NCBI GenBank assembly: GCA_013215525.1
Contig: JABSQY010000009.1
Location: forward strand, 1-42,883
Length of the DNA: 42,883 bases
DNA from: Nanoarchaeales archaeon
Lineage (GTDB): Archaea > Nanobdellota > Nanobdellia > Woesearchaeales > UBA583
Direction: 5' to 3'
The notes below the pieces were generated by a model. It was not told where the DNA came from. It was given only the letters and a program-made list of their open reading frames with translations, and made no database searches. Shown piece after piece: positions 26,239-32,470 of the stretch. Each line of letters starts with the position of its first letter. Position 1 is the stretch's first letter. The position numbers and the translations under genes are program-made.

Positions 26239-28293
26239 ATGATTCAATCTAATTTACTCTCAAAATTCGCAAATTTATTAATTCTAATATTCACTTTATC
26301 TTTAGTATCTCAAATTTCATACGGAGCAGAAATTTGTGGTGTTGAAATAAGTGAACCTTGGTTTCAAGTATTAGATAATTCAGGAAATCCAGTACTTACA
26401 ATTGATAATGAGGGTGATATGTTTATCTTGGGACAAGACCACACACTCAACAACAAAGCAACACAATCAACATTTGAAATAGAATCAATATTTTTTAATT
26501 CTGTAACAAGTAACTATAATTCAATTTCTGATAACTTAGGTTCAATTCCCTCTATCCAAGGATTAGAAATTAAAAATACACTTGGAACAACAACTGCATT
26601 ACTTGGAAAAGATAATACAATCTATTCAAAAGGAAGTGTTGTAGCGCAAGGAGCACAGGCTGCATGTTTACCTGATGGAAATTATTGTCAAAACACAGAC
26701 ATTAGAGAATATAGAAATTATTTTTGTGACGTAACTGGATTAAATACTGGTTCTTGTACATATACATCATCTTCACAATTTAGTTGTTCATCTCAAAATT
26801 ATGACTTTTGTTCTGGGCCAGATAATAAAGATGTATATGAAAAACAATTTACTTGTAGTGGTTCAGGTTGTAGTTCATCAGACGAGTGGCTTAAAACTTG
26901 TCCAAGTAGTTCTACAAGTCTTGGAACTTGGGGATGTTTTGATATAACTACAAAATCAAGAGCAAATATATATTATTCTCCATCATGTTCACTTGGTTCA
27001 TGTGGACTTAGTGATGCAACTGTAACTGAGACTCAAAGCTGCCCAGGTGGACAAGTGTGTGGAGGTGGAAGTTGTAGTCCTGGAGCATCTTGTAGTTTTG
27101 GAATTGCTCATTTAGGAACTGATAGATTATACAAAGATAGTAGTGTACCTTATGGAAGTAGTTGTTCATCTCAAATTAGAAGTTGTTTTGATGGAACTTT
27201 ATCCGGTTCAAATTCATACACTGACACATCTTGTTCTGTACAAGCATGTATTGATTCCTCCTGGGGACCTTCACAATCATCAGTTTGTTCTGGAGAAAGT
27301 TTTACACAAACAAGTAACTGTGGAACTACAAGAACTGTGTCTGGTACAAGTACTAGAGGTGTATGTGCACCATCTCCATCCGCAGATAATTGTGCATATG
27401 GTGTAGGCCATGGAAATTCACAAATATTTTATATATCTACAAGTGTACCATTTAACAGTGTGTGTTACGCACAGATGCGTACATGTGATGATGGGGACTT
27501 ATCGGGAAGTTATACTGCAACATCTTGTAGTGTACAATCTTGTAATTCAAATAGTTGGAGTCCATCCCAAGTAAACACTTGTTCAACTGACACTTTTACA
27601 CAAACAAATGAATGTGGTGATACAAGAACTATATCTGGTACAAAATCTTGCGTTCCAGTAATTAATGGAGTTTGTGGTGGGGCGAGTTGTTCTTGTGGTT
27701 CAGGTAGTTCATCAAGTTGTAAAAGTGAATTTGATAATACTTTTCCAAGAGGATATAATTGGATGTGGAGTTGTTCTGGTTCTGATGGTGGAAGTTCTAT
27801 GTCTTGTAATACTTGGACTGCTTGTTTTACTGGTGATGAATTAGTTAAAACTTTATCTGGTGAAATTGAAATTTCAAAAATTAAAGTTGGTGATATAATA
27901 ATATCTTATGATGAAAAAACTAATACTTTTGTTGAAAATGAAGTTGATCAATTATTAGTTCATGATGGTAATACTAGACCTGTCAATAATTTTGAAAAAG
28001 ATCCAATTTTAGAATTGGTTATTGAAACAAATGGAATTGAAAAAATAACAAAAGTTACAGCAAATCACTTATATCTAGATTTAGAAAATAAAAAATATAA
28101 ACAAATTCGAAAATTTAATATTGGAGATAAATTAACTTCAATAAATGGAGTTGGAATAATTAAATCAATGAATAAATTAGATTTAATTGCTATTGTATAT
28201 AATTTACATATGAAAAATAAACCAAATAATTATTTAGTAAATGGTATTGTTGTCCATAATGAAAAACAATGTCCTGGTGGGGAAATCTGTTAA
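26239..28293 (+). CDS. Secreted, very Cys-rich protein with two ~100-aa tandem repeats and a C-terminal Hint/intein-like domain
   Basis: Signal peptide (LLILIFTLSLVSQISYGA), a Cys/Ser/Gly/Thr-rich body, and a Hint domain at residues 529-674 (see the separate feature). Confidence 0.8.
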   Translation: MIQSNLLSKFANLLILIFTLSLVSQISYGAEICGVEISEPWFQVLDNSGNPVLTIDNEGDMFILGQDHTLNNKATQSTFEIESIFFNSVTSNYNSISDNLGSIPSIQGLEIKNTLGTTTALLGKDNTIYSKGSVVAQGAQAACLPDGNYCQNTDIREYRNYFCDVTGLNTGSCTYTSSSQFSCSSQNYDFCSGPDNKDVYEKQFTCSGSGCSSSDEWLKTCPSSSTSLGTWGCFDITTKSRANIYYSPSCSLGSCGLSDATVTETQSCPGGQVCGGGSCSPGASCSFGIAHLGTDRLYKDSSVPYGSSCSSQIRSCFDGTLSGSNSYTDTSCSVQACIDSSWGPSQSSVCSGESFTQTSNCGTTRTVSGTSTRGVCAPSPSADNCAYGVGHGNSQIFYISTSVPFNSVCYAQMRTCDDGDLSGSYTATSCSVQSCNSNSWSPSQVNTCSTDTFTQTNECGDTRTISGTKSCVPVINGVCGGASCSCGSGSSSSCKSEFDNTFPRGYNWMWSCSGSDGGSSMSCNTWTACFTGDELVKTLSGEIEISKIKVGDIIISYDEKTNTFVENEVDQLLVHDGNTRPVNNFEKDPILELVIETNGIEKITKVTANHLYLDLENKKYKQIRKFNIGDKLTSINGVGIIKSMNKLDLIAIVYNLHMKNKPNNYLVNGIVVHNEKQCPGGEIC
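27091..27660 (+). repeat. Tandem coding duplication, period 300 nt (about 100 aa), Cys-rich module
   Basis: CSFGIAHLGTDRLYKDSSVPYGSSCSSQIRSCFDGTLSGSNSYTDTSCSVQACIDSSWGPSQSSVCSGESFTQTSNCGTTRTVSGT aligns with CAYGVGHGNSQIFYISTSVPFNSVCYAQMRTCDDGDLSGSYTATSCSVQSCNSNSWSPSQVNTCSTDTFTQTNECGDTRTISGT. Confidence 0.85.
27823..28260 (+). other. Hint (Hedgehog/intein) domain, 146 aa, followed by only 10 aa
   Basis: Block A is Cys1 in A|CFTGDELVKT. Block B T-x-x-H is VTANH. Block F is IVYNLHMKNKPNNYLV. Block G is NGIVVHN, and the +1 residue is Glu. The remaining tail is EKQCPGGEIC. Confidence 0.8.
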
Positions 28294-28409
28294 TATTTTA
28301 TTAGTGTATTTATCTTAAATATTTTATAACTTTTATGTATTAATATTAGATATATTAATATCCTATATACTATTTTTATTTTCAATAAAAATATAATTAA
28401 AATTTAGAA

Positions 28410-30362
28410 TTAAAAATTAAAAAGTTTCTTTTTGATTTTCAAACTACGTACAAAAGAAAACTCACGTAATTTCTTTTCAATAACTTCAACATGATTTCCT
28501 TCTTCTAATGTTAAAGTCATACTTGTATCTCCATTTCTTAATACTTTAGAATTAATAGAATTAATTGATACATTTCTACTTGCAAATAAATTTAAAATAT
28601 CCATAAGTAATCCAATTTTATCAGTTAAAACTAATTCAAAAACAATTTCTTTTGTTTTCATCTCTTTCCACTTTAATCCGATTTTTTCATTAATTGTAAA
28701 CTTTGCATTATCACATTCAACACTATGGACAACAATTTCTTTATCTTTACCTTTTCCTCCAATAACTCCTACAATTTCTTCATTATATTTAAACTCGCAA
28801 CACCCAGCTTTTCTGGACTTTTTAAAATCTGATAAACTTTTAATTTTTAATTTTAAAGTTGAAAATAATTCATCATCGACAGTAATATTTGCCGGTCCAG
28901 ATTTTTTTAAATGTAATGTATTACGAATTTTAATTCTAGCTTTATTTGTAACAACAAACTTTAACCATTTTTCAGAAGGTTTTCCATTCTGATTTGTAAT
29001 AATTTCTACAATATCTCCTGATTTTAAAGATTTATCTAATGTACACATTGCACCATTAACCTTTCCTTTAAGTGCACGTTCTCCAATCTCTGTGTGAACG
29101 CTGTATGCAAAATCTAATACTGTTGCATTTTCTGGTAAAACGATTACATCATTTTTAGGAGTAAATAGAAACATTTCATCTTCAAAAAAATCAAAACGTA
29201 ATAACTTCATAAACTCATCATTATCTTTATGTTCTTTCTCCCAAAGCATAACTTCTCGCAGCCATGCAATCTTTTTCTCAAACTTTTTATCTTCTTTTAA
29301 TGATTTATATCTCCAGTGTGCAGCAACTCCAAATTCAGCCAGTTTGTGCATATCTTCAGTTCTAATTTGAATCTCAACTGGACAATTAATTGCTTTTGAG
29401 AAAATTGTAGTGTGAATTGACTGATAACCATTTAATTTAGGATTTGCAATATAATCTTTTAATCTATCTGGAAATGCTTGGAACTTTTCATGGATATGTC
29501 CAAGTAAAGTATAACAATCAGAAATACTTCCTACAGTAATTCTAATAGCATATAAATCATAAATATCTTCAAAAGTTTTAGCATTATCTTTAATCTTTTT
29601 ATAGATTGAATAAAAATTTTTAGGACGACCTAATACAGTTTTATATGAAAATTTATTAATGTCTAAAACTTTTTTAATTTCATCAACTGCTTTATTTAAA
29701 ACTTCTTCACGATCAGACCTTGTCATATGAACTTTTTCCTTAACAAATTGGTACATATCTGGATTAATGTATTTAAATGATAAATCTTCAAGTTCCCATT
29801 TAATTGAATAAAGTCCAATTTTTTGAGCAATTGGTGCATAAATTAACATAGTTTCTTTTGCAATTCTTTCTTTTTTATCAGGTCTCATAACTCCAAGTGT
29901 ACGCATATTATGTAATCTATCACATAACTTAATAACTAAAATTCTAATATCTTTAGCACTTGCAAGTAAAACTTTACGTAACGCTTCAATTTTTTGATCA
30001 GATTTATTTTTAGCAAACCCATCAATTTTTGTAAGTCCATCAACAATTAATCCAACTTCTTCACCAAATTTTTCTTTAATTTCTCCTGAAGTAATTTCTG
30101 TATCTTCAACAACATCATGTAATAAAGCAGCTAAAATTGAAATAGTATCAAGTCCTAAACTGTGTACCATTGTTGCAACAGCTAGTGGGTGTGAAATGTA
30201 TGGTTCTCCTGTGGCTCTATTTTGTAGCCTGTGCGCCTTTTTAGCATATTCATAAGTAATTCTAATTGTTTTTTTATCAAACTCAGGTTTTATAATTCCA
30301 TAAAATTTTTCAAAATCTAAATCTATATCTTTGATGGTTTTTATTTTATTTTCTTCAGTCAT
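28410..30362 (-). CDS. rel: Long RelA/SpoT homologue: bifunctional (p)ppGpp synthetase/hydrolase (HD - synthetase - TGS - ACT)
   Basis: HD hydrolase motifs: HRLQNRATGEPYISHPLAVA and LLHDVVEDT. Synthetase motifs: RPKNFYSIYKKI, DLYAIRI, DRLKDYIA (RxKD type), GYQSIHT and EIQIRTEDMHKLAEFGVAAHWRYK. TGS region: FTPKNDVIVLPENATVLDFAYSVH. The C-terminus is ACT-like. Confidence 0.9.
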   Translation of the reverse strand: MTEENKIKTIKDIDLDFEKFYGIIKPEFDKKTIRITYEYAKKAHRLQNRATGEPYISHPLAVATMVHSLGLDTISILAALLHDVVEDTEITSGEIKEKFGEEVGLIVDGLTKIDGFAKNKSDQKIEALRKVLLASAKDIRILVIKLCDRLHNMRTLGVMRPDKKERIAKETMLIYAPIAQKIGLYSIKWELEDLSFKYINPDMYQFVKEKVHMTRSDREEVLNKAVDEIKKVLDINKFSYKTVLGRPKNFYSIYKKIKDNAKTFEDIYDLYAIRITVGSISDCYTLLGHIHEKFQAFPDRLKDYIANPKLNGYQSIHTTIFSKAINCPVEIQIRTEDMHKLAEFGVAAHWRYKSLKEDKKFEKKIAWLREVMLWEKEHKDNDEFMKLLRFDFFEDEMFLFTPKNDVIVLPENATVLDFAYSVHTEIGERALKGKVNGAMCTLDKSLKSGDIVEIITNQNGKPSEKWLKFVVTNKARIKIRNTLHLKKSGPANITVDDELFSTLKLKIKSLSDFKKSRKAGCCEFKYNEEIVGVIGGKGKDKEIVVHSVECDNAKFTINEKIGLKWKEMKTKEIVFELVLTDKIGLLMDILNLFASRNVSINSINSKVLRNGDTSMTLTLEEGNHVEVIEKKLREFSFVRSLKIKKKLFNF

Positions 30363-30390
30363 TTTATTTAATTTAATTTTTGTATTTTAG

Positions 30391-31551
30391 TTAATAAATC
30401 ATCTCGCAACTATCATCACTTAATCCTTGAGATAACTCTTGGATTTTTTCTATAATAATATATAGGTTTTTGGAGTTATTAAACTTATTGTTCATAATAT
30501 ACTCTTTTCCATTAACAATTTCATCTCTTAATTCTTCATATTTCTCTACTTGATAAACTCCATTCCCAACATTACTCCACACATCATTAGAACAAACTTG
30601 AGTAAATTCTGATACTGAAATTAAATATTCAACTTTATTTTCATAAAATTCAAAAATAGATTGTGTTGATTCAATTACTAAATTTTGTCCACATTCAAAT
30701 GTAGTAGGATTAGAAAAAACAGCCATTGTCGGCATTGATAAAGGTTTAGAATCAAATACTTGTTCTCTATAATCTATAAAATCATATTCAAATTTTTCAT
30801 CATATCTATCTGTATAAATTAATTTCCCAGACATAAACTCATCACTATCTCCAATAAACTGCAAGTGATATGAATCAACATTTAACTCATCAAGCATTAA
30901 ACCTAAAGTTGAACTATCATAATCTGACACAAACATAATACTTTGAATATCTTTCTCTCTGATTAAATCATTATAACTTGAAGAACTTACACTTGAAAAA
31001 TCTAATTGAGATAAACTTAAACTATTTCTATATGCTGAATCTGAAAACTTTTTACTTAATAATTTAGTAATTTCAGAATTAGAATCAAAAACAATTAAAT
31101 TCTTTTTTGAGATTATTGCCATCATATTAGTAACTTTAAAAGGAGTTCTAAAGTTTTCAACAGCAAGATATGTAAATGACACATCTCCTTCCTCAATCAC
31201 TGTCATAAATGTAGGAATATTTTTTAAAAAATCAACATTGTCATCAATTTTTTCATTAATAGAAAGTAAAGGTAATCCATTATTACAAATAATTTCAACA
31301 CGACTATCTTTAAAAAATGTATCCAAAGGTTGAATGTAATTTTCTTCATATCCAGTAGATTTTCCAGCTTTTAATAAAACATTAGATAAAGCAGATTTTA
31401 CTTCAATATAATATTTAGTTTCTTCATTCTCACTGTACGTTCCAATAATATTATATGCGATATAAAGAAAAAAAGTTCCAATAATAATCATAAAAAGCCA
31501 CGACAAAGAAATTTGTATATTTGCTCTTTTATCAAATTTTTCATTAAACAT
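30391..31551 (-). CDS. Hypothetical N-terminally anchored protein, immediately upstream of rel (28-nt spacer)
   Basis: N-terminus DKRANIQISLSWLFMIIIGTFFLYIAY is a single TM segment, possibly a class III-like signal. The remaining ~350 aa carry no recognised motif. Confidence 0.6.
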   Translation of the reverse strand: MFNEKFDKRANIQISLSWLFMIIIGTFFLYIAYNIIGTYSENEETKYYIEVKSALSNVLLKAGKSTGYEENYIQPLDTFFKDSRVEIICNNGLPLLSINEKIDDNVDFLKNIPTFMTVIEEGDVSFTYLAVENFRTPFKVTNMMAIISKKNLIVFDSNSEITKLLSKKFSDSAYRNSLSLSQLDFSSVSSSSYNDLIREKDIQSIMFVSDYDSSTLGLMLDELNVDSYHLQFIGDSDEFMSGKLIYTDRYDEKFEYDFIDYREQVFDSKPLSMPTMAVFSNPTTFECGQNLVIESTQSIFEFYENKVEYLISVSEFTQVCSNDVWSNVGNGVYQVEKYEELRDEIVNGKEYIMNNKFNNSKNLYIIIEKIQELSQGLSDDSCEMIY

Positions 31552-31572
31552 AAAATAATAGTAAAATTATAG

Positions 31573-31580
31573 TTTATATA
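31573..31580 (-). promoter_or_regulatory. TATA box (TATATAAA on the minus strand) for the 386-aa gene + rel operon
   Basis: Lies 22 nt upstream of the minus-strand ATG at 31551. Confidence 0.55.
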
Positions 31581-31666
31581 CTCATATTGTCATTTAAATG
31601 TAATACTACTATTACTCTATTTTTAAAATAAAATTTATTTTAATTTTTAAAAATATATCTCTATTC

Positions 31667-31900
31667 TTATTTAGAATGAGGGTCAATATTTGATTCTTTA
31701 TATTCAATTCCTTTCATAATAAATCCTAAAAAATTTTCAGCTTCAACAACATCCATACTAAACGCTGCAGCAAATTCAACAGCTTCAACTTTTTTTCCAG
31801 AAGTTAGAAACTTTGATATCTTTTCTGCTTTGTCTGGTTCAGACAATTTGTACTTAATAACTATTTTATCAAAATTTTCTTTTAATTCTTTTAATTCCAT
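31667..31900 (-). CDS. Small hypothetical protein (77 aa)
   Basis: The start is placed at ATG 31900 (MELKEL), 21 nt from the palindromic TATA. The ORF-track start at 31915 would be only 6 nt from it. Confidence 0.5.
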   Translation of the reverse strand: MELKELKENFDKIVIKYKLSEPDKAEKISKFLTSGKKVEAVEFAAAFSMDVVEAENFLGFIMKGIEYKESNIDPHSK

Positions 31901-31920
31901 ACATAAAATTAACATATATA

Positions 31921-31930
31921 TTTATATAAA
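31921..31930. promoter_or_regulatory. Palindromic TATA element TTTATATAAA shared by two divergent genes
   Basis: It is its own reverse complement. It lies 21 nt from the minus-strand ATG at 31900 and 20 nt from the plus-strand ATG at 31950. Confidence 0.5.
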
Positions 31931-31949
31931 GTTTATCATAAAGTAAATT

Positions 31950-32432
31950 ATGAAAAACCAAACAAATGAAATAATATCAAATAACTTATTTATTAAAAAT
32001 ACTTTTATTTTTTCATTTATTTTATTATTAATTGATATAATTACAAAATATATTTTCACAAACAAATTTTTTTTTGAAAATTCATTAATATATATACAAT
32101 ACTCTGAAAACCGTGGTTCTGCATTCTCAATGTTCTCAAACTTTGATTATTATAATTATCTAATTGTAATCTTATCATTATTTGTATTATATTATTTATA
32201 TAAAAATATAACTGAATTTAATATAAATAAAATTACTAGATTCTCTTATTATTTATTAATAGCAGGAATTATTGGAAACTTATTTGATAGAATAATTTTT
32301 GGATATGTTAAAGATTTTATAGGTTTAAAATATTTATTTATATTTAACATTGCTGATGCGTATTTAACTTTTGCTGTGTTGATGTTTATTTATGTAGAAT
32401 TGAGAAATTCTTCATTTCTCTCTGATAAATAA
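31950..32432 (+). CDS. lspA: Lipoprotein signal peptidase (signal peptidase II)
   Basis: Four TM segments. Motifs NRGSAFSMF, AGIIGNLFDRIIFGYVKDFI and FNIADAYLTFAV include both catalytic Asp positions (GN..DR and FN.AD). Confidence 0.8.
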   Translation: MKNQTNEIISNNLFIKNTFIFSFILLLIDIITKYIFTNKFFFENSLIYIQYSENRGSAFSMFSNFDYYNYLIVILSLFVLYYLYKNITEFNINKITRFSYYLLIAGIIGNLFDRIIFGYVKDFIGLKYLFIFNIADAYLTFAVLMFIYVELRNSSFLSDK

Positions 32433-32470
32433 TTACAAACTTTTAAAAAGATAAAATTTGATTTTTTGGT

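Noticed and set aside
26239-28293. Reading the Hint region as a true intein inside a host gene
   Set aside because: The C-extein would be only 10 aa, and the +1 residue is Glu rather than Cys/Ser/Thr. There is no homing-endonuclease insert. It was therefore classified as a Hint/BIL-type autoprocessing domain.
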